From a virus (Duplodnaviria > Caudoviricetes), in IMG/VR virus record IMGVR_UViG_3300008255_000118, positions 24,333 through 88,332 of that record: a stretch of DNA of 64,000 nucleotides; one strand, given 5' to 3'. This document shows positions 1 to 10,400 of this stretch, in pieces; the stretch's first letter is position 1, and every line of letters begins with the position of its first letter. The notes beneath the pieces were generated by a model. The model worked only from the letters and a program-made list of their open reading frames with translations, was not told the DNA's origin and did no database searches. The position numbers and the translations under genes were made by a program.

Positions 1-142
1 AAAAGTCATATACTCTATCTACTTCTTTTGAGGTTAATCTAGAAACTAAATGCCCTCTCTCTACTCTCAAAGTATCTCTAAGATGTCTATGAAGATCTCT
101 TTTTGAAAAAGATAACTGATAGTGACTAGACTGTACTAGCAT
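1..142 (-). CDS. Partial hypothetical protein running off the window edge (MLVQSSHYQLSFSKRDLHRHLRDTLRVERG...)
   Basis: Manual translation: ATG at 142 overlapping the upstream stop; frame open to position 1. Confidence 0.5.
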   Translation of the reverse strand, partial: MLVQSSHYQLSFSKRDLHRHLRDTLRVERGHLVSRLTSKEVDRVYDF

Positions 143-446
143 AGATAGTATACACTATGTCTTTGTGGAATCTTCTTCGAACTTCTGGCAGATTTGAGAT
201 ATTTGTAATAACAACTCTCTGTCTGTATGTATCCACACTTAGATTATCAATACTATTCTCTACTAAGGTAGTTACATCTCTACCATAAAGTGTATGTTCA
301 AAAATACTTGAACTAGGGTCTTGAGTTTCAAACTCATTAATAACATAAAACTCTCCATTAATATCTACTACTGTATACTTCAGCTTATTTAGAAGTAAAA
401 TAAACTCCTTAATACTGGCTTTCTTAGTTTGGTCATATCTATTCAT
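126..446 (-). CDS. Hypothetical protein
   Basis: 106-aa ORF in tightly packed operon. Confidence 0.6.
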   Translation of the reverse strand: MNRYDQTKKASIKEFILLLNKLKYTVVDINGEFYVINEFETQDPSSSIFEHTLYGRDVTTLVENSIDNLSVDTYRQRVVITNISNLPEVRRRFHKDIVYTIYASTV

Positions 447-449
447 ACT

Positions 450-761
450 CTACTTGTTTGTATATCTCTTTAGTTCCTCTTTAGTCCTCTCTCGTTTTTG
501 AATCTTCATATCTAGTGAATTAGCATGTTTATCTGCCACTTTTTTAAAAAACTGTTGATTCTTAGCTGCCCTTTCATTAGTGGTACCAAATACAGCTACG
601 GGGAAGCCTCTATCCCTTTCAATAAATTCTAATTCTACTCCCTCTGAGGAACAAAGTGGTCTACCTCTTGAATCAGAGTATCTATTGTTCCCTAGAATTC
701 TGTAGTTCTGTATAAAGAACTCTTTCCCCGTTTTAGGGCATTTGAAGTTGTTATCCGTCAT
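450..761 (-). CDS. Hypothetical protein
   Basis: 103-aa ORF; N-terminal CPKTG motif. Confidence 0.6.
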   Translation of the reverse strand: MTDNNFKCPKTGKEFFIQNYRILGNNRYSDSRGRPLCSSEGVELEFIERDRGFPVAVFGTTNERAAKNQQFFKKVADKHANSLDMKIQKRERTKEELKRYTNK

Positions 762-818
762 ATAATTCTCTCTTTAACTTTAAGTAAGTCTAAATGTAAG
801 AAACTTTTCACAGAAATG

Positions 819-1376
819 TCATTTAATCTCTTGATAATACTTTCTTCTACAGTACTCAGCTATTAGTAGACTATCTACAATACCATCATGTGGGTTCCGA
901 GCTCTACTACTCTTTCTTAAATCAAAACCCTGAAATAAGTGTGTACAAGTTAACAAGGATGTAGCCTTAGTATTTACTGTCTTAGACTTATTACCCGGCT
1001 TCTTTTCATACTGAATATAGGTGTCTTCCCAAACTAACTTTTGCCATCTGCCTGGAGTTGGTAGTATCAATCTGAACTTACCTGGAACTGCTAAGGAGTA
1101 CATACTAATAATACCTTCCCATAGTCCCTTCCCCCTACCCATTGTAAAAGTTCCGGTATTCCCACCTACAGTAGTGGCATGTATGTCCTCTAGCCCAATC
1201 ACAAAGAAATCACAATCACTTGTATATGAGTGTAACAACTTAGCCATCCCTATTATATCAAATTCTTTCTCCCCTAATCTAGGAGAAACAGAGCAGTGTA
1301 CGGCTCTACCAACTTCATCTAGACAACTTATAGCTCCATCTTTTCCTGGGTCAATCCCTATAAATCTAATTTTCAT
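819..1376 (-). CDS. ruvC: RuvC-like Holliday junction resolvase
   Basis: IGIDPG..GAI, LEDIH, FTMG...G.WEG, P.P..WQK and DGIVDSLLIAEY motifs of phage RuvC-like RNase H fold. Confidence 0.85.
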   Translation of the reverse strand: MKIRFIGIDPGKDGAISCLDEVGRAVHCSVSPRLGEKEFDIIGMAKLLHSYTSDCDFFVIGLEDIHATTVGGNTGTFTMGRGKGLWEGIISMYSLAVPGKFRLILPTPGRWQKLVWEDTYIQYEKKPGNKSKTVNTKATSLLTCTHLFQGFDLRKSSRARNPHDGIVDSLLIAEYCRRKYYQEIK

Positions 1377-1388
1377 CTAGAAATGTTT

Positions 1389-1676
1389 TTATTCGATTCC
1401 ATAATCATAAAATTCTTCTGAATTGTTTATTTCGTTTCTTTCTTCTCCCTCTATCTTATCTTTATACATATACTCAAAAGTTTCTATAGACTCTAATATC
1501 TCCTGTATATTCCATCTGTCTTTCCAATTCCCATCAAATATGACAGGCCCACAAGCTCTACCTCTAAGTGTTGTCCCATCTACTACTAAAACAGGTTCAT
1601 ACCCTTCAAGTCTATACTTTTCAATTAGATTGACTGAGTTGTCAATTGGCCCTGTAACTAAGTAAATATATTTCAT
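1389..1676 (-). CDS. Hypothetical protein
   Basis: 95-aa ORF with 4-nt overlap to sbcC. Confidence 0.55.
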   Translation of the reverse strand: MKYIYLVTGPIDNSVNLIEKYRLEGYEPVLVVDGTTLRGRACGPVIFDGNWKDRWNIQEILESIETFEYMYKDKIEGEERNEINNSEEFYDYGIE

Positions 1677-3574
1677 TTTATTATTGATATCTTATTCTCC
1701 TTCTCTACTGTTACTGTATTAAAAAGATTCTCTGAATGCTCCTTGAAGGTTACATGTGAAACTACACTTATTGTTTTCTTTAGAGTTTGTAGAGTCTTCA
1801 TAATGTTGAACATTCCTAGTGAATCTACAGAATCAATGATTTCATCAAGAAAAGTAAACTCTAGTCCACCTGTTGATGAACTCTCCTGTATAGAAGTATT
1901 GATTAGCTTCTGGATAGCGAATATAGCTGCTATCTCTACTCTAGCTCTTTCACCATTAGAAAAGGTAGAAAGAGAGGCATCTTCCCCGTCTCTATGTAGT
2001 GAAACTGAAATAGACTCCTTAATAGTATTATCTTTGTTCATCTTATAACCATCTATCTGAATTCTAACATCTGTTGACATTCTGCCTAGATACTCATTGA
2101 TAAAACACTCAATCACTTTAATCACCTTATTCGATAGATGTGTCTTAAATCTTGTAAAAGTGACTATCCAATAAGAAGACTTCTCTACCTCTTCTTCTAG
2201 TTTTAGCTTCTCCTTCTCATATACAAGTTTCTTCTCCACCTCTTCATTACTCTTCTTCCTTAAATCTCTAATAATTGTAGAAATATCTACTTCTTGAACA
2301 GAATTAATCGACTTAGTCAAATCTGAAACTAAACTAGTACAGGTATCTATTCTTGTATTATTAGTTAAAATAATACCCTCTAATCTTACTATTTCATTAC
2401 TAAGTCTGGACTTCTCTATAGACTTCTTATTTATTTCTGTTTTTAAGAGTATAAGTTTAGTTGATACTTGAGTTTCTTTAGCTTGTACTTGAGAAATGTC
2501 TTTCTCTAACTTTGATAAATAGCTAACAGCTACACTAATAGTATCCTTAATCTTTACCACATCAACAGTCTCTTTACTGTTAGGGTTAAACACTAGCTTA
2601 CAACCAGGACACTCTACGGATGAAACAAGCTTCATCTCTAACTGTTTATGAATTATCTCTACCTCACCTTGAGTATTCTTCAACTTCTGTCTCTCTATCT
2701 CTAACTGTAAATCTTCAGCACTCAGATCTTGTTTCTTCTTCTCTAAACTCTCTATCTCTGTCTTTACTTCAGACAACTCTAAAGAAGTTTCAGTTTTCAA
2801 AAGTTCTGTACTTGCTATTATAGCTGAATAGCTTCTTGAAGACTCCTCTGTCTCGGCAATCTTCACTTGTATCATCTTCTTAAGCTCTTCAGCAGTTTCC
2901 GGGGTGTCTTCCTCTTTCTCTCTAATCAGTTCCTCATAGCTTTCAATTGTAGAGGTACAACCAATTATTTGATCTTGCTTAGTTCTTGATTGTCTTTCAA
3001 TTATAGTTCTAGCTGTCTTGATCTTCTCTATTACAATATCTATAATGTTACTATTTGAAAATCTCCCAATGAGGCTTTTCTTTGCAGTATCAGATATTGA
3101 GAAAAAACTCTCAAACTTCTCAGATGAAATCAAATAATAGTTTAACAAATCTTCCCTTGTTATATCAAGTTTGTCTAAGATAAACTTATCACCATCTCTA
3201 ACTGAAATAATCTCTTTCTGATGAACACCATTAATAGAAATCTTCAGTGTAGATGGTTTCGTATTAGAGAAAAAAGCTCTTTCTATTTCTAGATGCTCTT
3301 TAGTAATACTATTAAACATTTTTATGTGAATACTACATTCGACTTCCCCTCTTCTAACTAAATCCTTTGGGGTTGTACCTTTCCTTAGTGACAAATTAAC
3401 AATACAAACTACAATTCCCTCTAAGATAGCACTCTTTCCTGAGCCATTATTCTCAAAGCCTTCATTTGATAAGTTAACGCCTTGAATAATAGTAGCTTCT
3501 TGTTCTTTGAAGACTATTACCTGATCCTCATATGACATGAAGTTCTTTAAAGCTACTTCTTTAATTCTCCACAT
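1673..3574 (-). CDS. sbcC: SbcC/Rad50 (gp46-like) recombination ATPase
   Basis: LKNFMSY, Walker A NGSGKS, coiled coil with CPGC zinc hook, signature FSNGE, Walker B FLDE. Confidence 0.92.
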   Translation of the reverse strand: MWRIKEVALKNFMSYEDQVIVFKEQEATIIQGVNLSNEGFENNGSGKSAILEGIVVCIVNLSLRKGTTPKDLVRRGEVECSIHIKMFNSITKEHLEIERAFFSNTKPSTLKISINGVHQKEIISVRDGDKFILDKLDITREDLLNYYLISSEKFESFFSISDTAKKSLIGRFSNSNIIDIVIEKIKTARTIIERQSRTKQDQIIGCTSTIESYEELIREKEEDTPETAEELKKMIQVKIAETEESSRSYSAIIASTELLKTETSLELSEVKTEIESLEKKKQDLSAEDLQLEIERQKLKNTQGEVEIIHKQLEMKLVSSVECPGCKLVFNPNSKETVDVVKIKDTISVAVSYLSKLEKDISQVQAKETQVSTKLILLKTEINKKSIEKSRLSNEIVRLEGIILTNNTRIDTCTSLVSDLTKSINSVQEVDISTIIRDLRKKSNEEVEKKLVYEKEKLKLEEEVEKSSYWIVTFTRFKTHLSNKVIKVIECFINEYLGRMSTDVRIQIDGYKMNKDNTIKESISVSLHRDGEDASLSTFSNGERARVEIAAIFAIQKLINTSIQESSSTGGLEFTFLDEIIDSVDSLGMFNIMKTLQTLKKTISVVSHVTFKEHSENLFNTVTVEKENKISIIK

Positions 3575-4550
3575 TGCTTAAGTTTTTTATGATTTCACTC
3601 TCTAGTTCATCTGCTAGGTCTACATTCTCCATCAATAGTCTAACTACTTTATTCTCGCCTTGTCCTAGCTTAGTCTCCCCATAATTGAACCAGGAGCCTG
3701 CCTTATTTACAATTTTCAACTCTACTGACTTTCTTAGAATATCTCTCTCTCTTAAGATTCCCCTCCCATATTCAATTAAGAAAGTTGCAATTTTGTGGGG
3801 AGAACCTACTTTGTTCTTCACTACTTTAACCTTAGTCTCAGTCCCAATTAAAATATCTGAACCACTAGAGCTATCAACAACCTTAACACCTCCTCTAATA
3901 TCTAGTCTCTGAGATGCATAGAACTTAAGTGCATTCCCACCAGTTGTTGTTTCAGGGCTACCAAACATTACACCAATTTTTTCTCTCAGCTGATTAATGA
4001 ATATACAACAACATTCATTCTGACTTACAATCCCTGTAAGCTTCCTCATAGCTTGTGACATTAACTTTGCATGTTTACCAATACTTTGATCACCCATCTC
4101 ACCATCTAATTCTGACTTAGGGACCATGGCAGCTACAGAGTCCACAATTGTTAAACTGACTTCTCCAGTTCGAATTAATCTATCTAAAATCTCTAATCCC
4201 TCTTCAGCTGTTGTTGGCTGTACAAATATAAGTTCTTCCAAATCTATCCCAAGTGCTTGAGCATACTCTCTATCAAAAGAGTGTTCAAAATCTATGAAGG
4301 CGGCAATGCCTCCATTTTTTTGTTCATTTGCTATTGCATGTAAAGTAAGTGTAGTCTTCCCTGAAGATTCAGGGCCATAAATTTCTACAATTCTTCCCTT
4401 TGCATAGCCTCCATTCAAAGCAATATCTAAGTCTATACTGCCTGACTTAATTCTTGGCCCTACACTAGGCACGCTCTCTCCTCTAAGTATAGTCCCTTCG
4501 CCATACGTCTTATTCAGCTGGCTAATTGCATCTGTTAAATTCTTTCCCAT
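3561..4550 (-). CDS. recA: RecA recombinase
   Basis: GPESSGKTT, VDSVAAMVPKSE, FINQLREKIGVMFGSPETTTGGNALKFYASQRLDIR. Confidence 0.98.
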   Translation of the reverse strand: MGKNLTDAISQLNKTYGEGTILRGESVPSVGPRIKSGSIDLDIALNGGYAKGRIVEIYGPESSGKTTLTLHAIANEQKNGGIAAFIDFEHSFDREYAQALGIDLEELIFVQPTTAEEGLEILDRLIRTGEVSLTIVDSVAAMVPKSELDGEMGDQSIGKHAKLMSQAMRKLTGIVSQNECCCIFINQLREKIGVMFGSPETTTGGNALKFYASQRLDIRGGVKVVDSSSGSDILIGTETKVKVVKNKVGSPHKIATFLIEYGRGILRERDILRKSVELKIVNKAGSWFNYGETKLGQGENKVVRLLMENVDLADELESEIIKNLSNVEN

Positions 4551-4551
4551 T

Positions 4552-5586
4552 CTACTCTAATAATAGCTTTAACGTTTCTCTACCCTTTTCTTTATCTATA
4601 CTATTCAACTCTGAAAACTCATCCCACTCTGTAAAGAGATTATCTTTTGTAAATGGTGTGAAAGATTCTGCTAATTCTAGTTCGACCTTATCTACTGATA
4701 TATAGTCACTCTTCATTACAAAGCCACTATTATCTAAAATTCTCATTACTTGAAGTTTCTTTAGAGAGTCTAGTTCTTCTTTTGTACCATTCAGTATTAC
4801 TCTTACTTTGAGGTGCTTAGACAGTTCAATCTTAGATAGCTTCTCCAGATCATCAGCAATAGTATCTGAATAATTCAACTTCACAGTCTCATATACTTGA
4901 AACTCTTTATCTACAAACTCATATGAACCATCATTAAAAATCTTAGTAAATCCCTTATACTGGTCTTCTCCAAAGTTTCTTTGCATTATTGACCCTATAT
5001 AAACAATATTGTCAATAATCTGTCTATCATGGTAATGACCCACATATACTTGCTTGAACTGACTAAACTTTTCTTTCGATAAAGACTCCTGTATCTCAGT
5101 CCCATCATTATTTCTAACCCCATTAACTGCTATGTGTGTAATTAGAATACTATCACAACTAGACTGAACAACTCTACCCAAATATTTAGAATAAGTCTCT
5201 TTTTCCTCAAAGAAAGGAATAAGCCATACATTTAAGTTATCAAATGTCAAAACTTCTGTCTCTCTGACTAATCTAAAGTGTGGGTGATATCTAAAGACAT
5301 CAAGATAACTCTTCTCACTGGAATAACTCATCTTATCATGATTCCCAGGGATAACTATTATCTGAATGTCATACTTTTCTGCCATCTCTAGTATCTGCCC
5401 CCAATAGTCAATTGTTATTAGAGTTTGAGACTTTCTAAAGTTAAAGATATCACCACTGATAACAAGAGTAGAGATAGAGTTAGCAACCATCTCCTTAAAA
5501 ATTGACTCTAAAGATTCTGTTACTAACTCTCCACTATTATCATCAATATGAAGGTCTGTTACTAAGTAAAATAAAACTTTCTTCAT
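4552..5586 (-). CDS. sbcD: SbcD/Mre11 (gp47-like) metallophosphoesterase nuclease
   Basis: DLH, GDIF, PGNHD and GHYH motifs; same operon as SbcC. Confidence 0.9.
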   Translation of the reverse strand: MKKVLFYLVTDLHIDDNSGELVTESLESIFKEMVANSISTLVISGDIFNFRKSQTLITIDYWGQILEMAEKYDIQIIVIPGNHDKMSYSSEKSYLDVFRYHPHFRLVRETEVLTFDNLNVWLIPFFEEKETYSKYLGRVVQSSCDSILITHIAVNGVRNNDGTEIQESLSKEKFSQFKQVYVGHYHDRQIIDNIVYIGSIMQRNFGEDQYKGFTKIFNDGSYEFVDKEFQVYETVKLNYSDTIADDLEKLSKIELSKHLKVRVILNGTKEELDSLKKLQVMRILDNSGFVMKSDYISVDKVELELAESFTPFTKDNLFTEWDEFSELNSIDKEKGRETLKLLLE

Positions 5587-5597
5587 ATCAAAAAGAA

Positions 5598-6824
5598 CTA
5601 CCCTACTTGTTTCTTTAAAAATTCTAAAGGGTTATCAGGTATAGACTCTTCTCTAGTCTGCTCTTTCAAGTCTCTATCATCTTCTTCCTTAAATGGAAGA
5701 GTACCCATCAATTTAACTTCTCTTTGTACTAAAGAACGAATCTCTTCAACTGTATCTTCTGGCAGTACTCGAATAGGGAAGCCTTGTACTTTGATATGTT
5801 GAATCAACTCTGCTCTATTCATATCACTTACATACTTTTTCTTAGCTGTTATCTCTGTAGATTCAGCTTTTTTTTCAACACCTACCCTTATTGATTCAAG
5901 AGACTTCTCTTTAGCAGGAGAAGACTCTCCAACTATTTTAGTACTACTTTCTGTAGCTTCTTTAATTTGCTCTTCTTCAGGATAAAGATCGCTATACTGC
6001 TCTACTATTTCAGCCCAATGGTCTGTAGAGAAGATATTGTAGTCTTCTTCAGCTTCATCAAATCTCTTAAGACCCTCTAAAGCTAATAAGAAATCAGATC
6101 TTCTATAACAATTAGTATAGATATCCTCTAGTGACTTAGCTTTTTCTAAGATATCCAATTCAGCATCAGTAAGTTTAGTTGGTCCCATAATATCAGGCCC
6201 TGTCTTATAGTAGTCTTCAGCCTTTCCACTAACGGGCTTATTATCATAGGTCACATAAATACAAATGCCTGTATCAGGGTCTGTATAGGGATCTGTGGTA
6301 ATCATAGATGAACCATCATCCATGTTAGAGGCTAGAGCATTCATGGCATTCTTTACTGAAGTCTTTAGTTCTAGAATGCCAAACTTCTTACTGGTACCCT
6401 TAATCAAGTTTGCATATACTACCCATGTTCTAGACATCCCGATACCTGACTTGAAGGCTGTAAGTCTTCCAACAAACTCTTCTCTCTGTTTCTTATCAGT
6501 AATACTTTTACTTAGTAGCCAAACTTGACTGATGTACTCATCAATAATACACTTCTTGTGTTCTGAGTGATATAAGCCACTCCATACTGGCTTATTTTTA
6601 ACTACTTTCTTACCGTCTTCCTCTACTTGAATTGGTAAAAAGTGTACTCCCTTTGGGTAGATAAAACTAGCTGTACCAGGGTGTTTTGGGAAGATTCTAA
6701 TTTTGTTCTTTCCTACCTCTAGACTAAGATAAGAGCCTTCACTATCAAAGACTGCATCAAATTCTTTTTGCTGATTATTCAAATCAGACATGGCTGTCGC
6801 CTTAAACTGTTCTCTTAAACTCAT
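5598..6824 (-). CDS. Probable phage ssDNA-binding protein (gp32-like) with C-terminal HeH/LEM-like segment
   Basis: GKNKIRIFP N-terminus, acidic C-terminal half, position in recombination operon. Confidence 0.6.
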   Translation of the reverse strand: MSLREQFKATAMSDLNNQQKEFDAVFDSEGSYLSLEVGKNKIRIFPKHPGTASFIYPKGVHFLPIQVEEDGKKVVKNKPVWSGLYHSEHKKCIIDEYISQVWLLSKSITDKKQREEFVGRLTAFKSGIGMSRTWVVYANLIKGTSKKFGILELKTSVKNAMNALASNMDDGSSMITTDPYTDPDTGICIYVTYDNKPVSGKAEDYYKTGPDIMGPTKLTDAELDILEKAKSLEDIYTNCYRRSDFLLALEGLKRFDEAEEDYNIFSTDHWAEIVEQYSDLYPEEEQIKEATESSTKIVGESSPAKEKSLESIRVGVEKKAESTEITAKKKYVSDMNRAELIQHIKVQGFPIRVLPEDTVEEIRSLVQREVKLMGTLPFKEEDDRDLKEQTREESIPDNPLEFLKKQVG

Positions 6825-6830
6825 CTCTCT

Positions 6831-7385
6831 TTAGATTAAATTTTGTTTCACCTTGATTAATATATCATTGAACTTCTGATTGACTAAGTCTTTCTGCATA
6901 TCCTCAGGTGTCAAAGTATGTGAAAGATTATTCAATTTTGTCTCCTTAGCCTTTACTGACCAGTAGAATGAATCTAGATAGTCAGCCTCTTTTCTAAGCC
7001 TAAGTAGTTTTTTTCTCATTAAGCTACCTATGGGATCTCTAACAATAGCTTGTAAAATAGCATCTCCTGAAGGGTACTTCTTTTGTGTTTTCCCCGAAGA
7101 GTTTATTATGTCACAAACTAGGTCCTTAGAGTAGTATTCATACAGTTGAGCCTCTTTTATCTCAACCTCCAACTTATAACAACTAAATGTGTTATCTGCC
7201 TCTGCCTTCCACAACCCTACTCTATTCATCAATGCTGGTATGGTAATAATTTCAGCAAACAGATTGTGATAATCAATAGCCATAATTTCATCAACATTAA
7301 TCTCTGTTGTAAAGTCAGGGAAAACTAATACTATTTGTTTACCCTTAAAGTCAAAGCTTAGTTTTAATTGCTCCTCTTGTTCCAT
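6831..7385 (-). CDS. UvsY-like recombination mediator
   Basis: Helical protein with W.S..AK..KL.NL C-terminus; adjacent to SSB and RecA genes. Confidence 0.55.
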   Translation of the reverse strand: MEQEEQLKLSFDFKGKQIVLVFPDFTTEINVDEIMAIDYHNLFAEIITIPALMNRVGLWKAEADNTFSCYKLEVEIKEAQLYEYYSKDLVCDIINSSGKTQKKYPSGDAILQAIVRDPIGSLMRKKLLRLRKEADYLDSFYWSVKAKETKLNNLSHTLTPEDMQKDLVNQKFNDILIKVKQNLI

Positions 7386-7407
7386 TTATTACTTTGTAAT
7401 TAATCCC

Positions 7408-7432
7408 TAAAACTAAGTATAATTTTTATACT
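7408..7432. promoter_or_regulatory. Intergenic palindrome AGTATA-N5-TATACT within a 25-bp sequence repeated at 53321-53345
   Basis: TAAAACTAAGTATAATTTTTATACT is identical at both sites. Confidence 0.65.
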
Positions 7433-7455
7433 ATCCAACTTTTTTATTATTTATT

Positions 7456-10400
7456 TTATATTATCTCTGTAAAGCCTTCTACTAAAAACTCATTACTACC
7501 AAAAAATTCATTGAGATACAGCTTCCCTCTTAGTATCACCAGTGCACCATCTTTAAACTTTGTCATGTCCCCTTTACCCATTGCCTCTGACCACATTCTA
7601 AATGCAATAGTAGATGAGCCTTGTTGTAGAAATCCAATACAGTAACTCTTATTTGTCTTAGTCAATTTTATCTGTACATCTACTAGTATACCTGGCAATA
7701 CAAACTTCTTACCACTCTTAGTTACTTCCTTTGAAAAATCCTCCTCTAATAGAACTTCTCCCTTTATCTTAAAGTCCTCTACTAGTCGACTATAGTTAAG
7801 AAGGTTGATCTTACTAATGTCACTCTGCTTAAGAACCCAATAGTAGTCATTCTCTCTATTATTTACATACTCTGATGGTAGATACTGCCATTGTATTTCA
7901 TCTAACTTATGTTGTAGAGAGTATAAGTCATTCCTATACTTCTCTTTAATCTCTACCACTAGCTTCTTATCTTCTTTCTTAAGCCTAAAATCATCTCTAA
8001 TGGTAAACATATACTTCTCTATCAATCTGAATCTCTCTCTAGGCTTTTTGATACTTTCAATCTCATCAAAACAACCAGAAACAATACAGTTAATCATAGA
8101 GGTTTTCTTTACTCCACTACCAACTCTTTCACAAAATTCTTCAAAGCTAAAAAATCTGCCACTTCTCTCTCTCTCTAATAGTACTGCATCCACAGCGGCT
8201 GGTCCCATATAAGCTATCTGTGTTAAGTTCCAGTAAATTGTCTGTTTCTCCACTGATGAAAAGAATTGTTTTTCTGACAAGTTAATATCTGGTGCCTTTA
8301 CTTGTATTCTCCCTGAACTATTTATTTCAGAAACCATCATTGATATCTTATCTGTTTTAGCAAACTCTAATGCTACAGTCCAGAACTCTAAAGGGTAATA
8401 GAACTTTAACCAATTACACTGATACCCAATAATGGAATAAGCTGCAGCATGACTATTACAAGTTACTACTCCCTCCTGTGTAGTAAAAGTGTGACTGGGA
8501 CTATCCATTTCTACATCATACACATCCTCTCTCTCTATACTCTCAATACTCTTTATCTTAACAAGTCTAGTCCCAAGTCCCTTTTCACTAGATCTGTCTT
8601 TATCTGTGAATCTATATACAGTATCTTCCGATCTATAACCTGTATTTACAAATAAACAATCATCTAAAGTTAGATCTCTAAGTATCACTTCTCCTCTTTG
8701 TGTAGGATATTTATGATTATCTGTTGTACGAATAGTCTTCCCATCTTCAAGTGTAATTTTGAAAACTTCTCTAACTCCCTCATATCTAATATCTATGATC
8801 TTATTCTTTATAAGTACATTTTCCTTATTTAAAGAAAACCCTGTACCATAACCTCTATAGTTATAAGACTCATGTAGTGATAGTCTACTTATTAGCTTCG
8901 CATATTTCTTATCATTCTTAATCTTATACATTTCTGCAATTGTTGGGTTAAAGGCACTACTGCCTGAGTAGTTCAAACCAACTCTATATATGCCTTCAGT
9001 ACCTGAGATACATTTATTAAACCCATAAGAAGAAAACACCTCCATCTTATTCCATATCTCTACAGCTCTAGACTCTTCACAGTTATTCTTTTCTGCTCCG
9101 ATTAGAAATATCTGTCTATATTCCTCCATCTTAGACTTTATCATTTTACCCATTGCTTTTCTAACACCATCAGCTTCTACTAGGGTAAAGTTCCCTAATA
9201 CTTGAGCTATCTTCATTATCTGCTCCTGATAGATATAGAGGCCATAGGTATTTGCTGTTAACTCCTGTAGTGATGGGTGATCATATACTATCTCTTCAAT
9301 ACCTCTTCTTAAATCAATATATCTCATATGTGTACCTGAAGCCATAACACCTGGCCTATATAGTGAAATAGTAGCTACTAAGTCTTCTATGTGAAATGGT
9401 TGTACCAACTTTAGATAACCTGTTAACCCTTTTGTGCCAAAGTGGAACACATCTTGATTCAAACCTCTTCTAAATAAGTCAAATATACTATCATCATCTA
9501 AGGGGATATCATCAACACTGATTCTCTTACCTGTATTCTTTTCAACTAAATCAATTATGTGGCCAAACTTAGCCATTTGTATTGTTGAAAGAATATCTAC
9601 TTTCAAATAACCAATATCTGCCAATAAACCACCCTCCCACTCACTTACTAAAATATCTCCATCCATTCTTACAGGGATCTGTTTAAATAAATCTATCTGT
9701 CTCCCACTTTCATCTATTAATTTGGGAACGACAATCGTTGCACAGGCATGTATTGACATACTCTTGATAGAGTTAATAACATACTTACAGTCTCTCACAA
9801 TCTCCATATTATTCTCTACATAAAGTCGTAGTCTCTTATTAGTCATAGATTCATAGATAAGAGTTTTCCAAGTGGAGTTATCCCCCTCTAAGGTCTTTGT
9901 TACCTTATCAGCTGTTATCTCTGTTGTATTCCCATAATATCTCTCTAGTTCTTGTATTGCTCCCTTTAGCTGTAGGGTATTATATGTACCAACTCTACAA
10001 ACATACTGTTGCCCATACTTGTTCTTCATATAGTCAATCACCTCATCTCTTCTATCTGAAGCAAAGTCAATATCAATATCTGGGAACTCTGACTTTATCC
10101 TGGATTCATTTAAAAATCTTTCAAAGAGTAAGTCAAAATCAAGAGGGTCAATAGCAGTTATTCCTAATAGATAAGAAACTAGACTACCAGCTGCTGAACC
10201 ACGACCAGGTCCTACTTGTATATGTTGTTCTCTACACCAATTACAAATGTCCCACAATATTAGAAAGTAGTCAATAAACCCTTGTTTAATAATATTCAAT
10301 TCTCTAACTAATCTATCCCAGTGTTGTTTCTTATCTGTAGATATCTTTTTGTTAAACTTCTCTATAAGAAGTGCTATAAAGAGCTCATTATTAGTAGAGT

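Noticed and set aside
7408-7440. Reading TATACT as a sigma70 -10 box
   Set aside because: No TTGACA-like -35 at 16-18 bp in the copy examined; palindromic symmetry fits an operator or phage-specific element better
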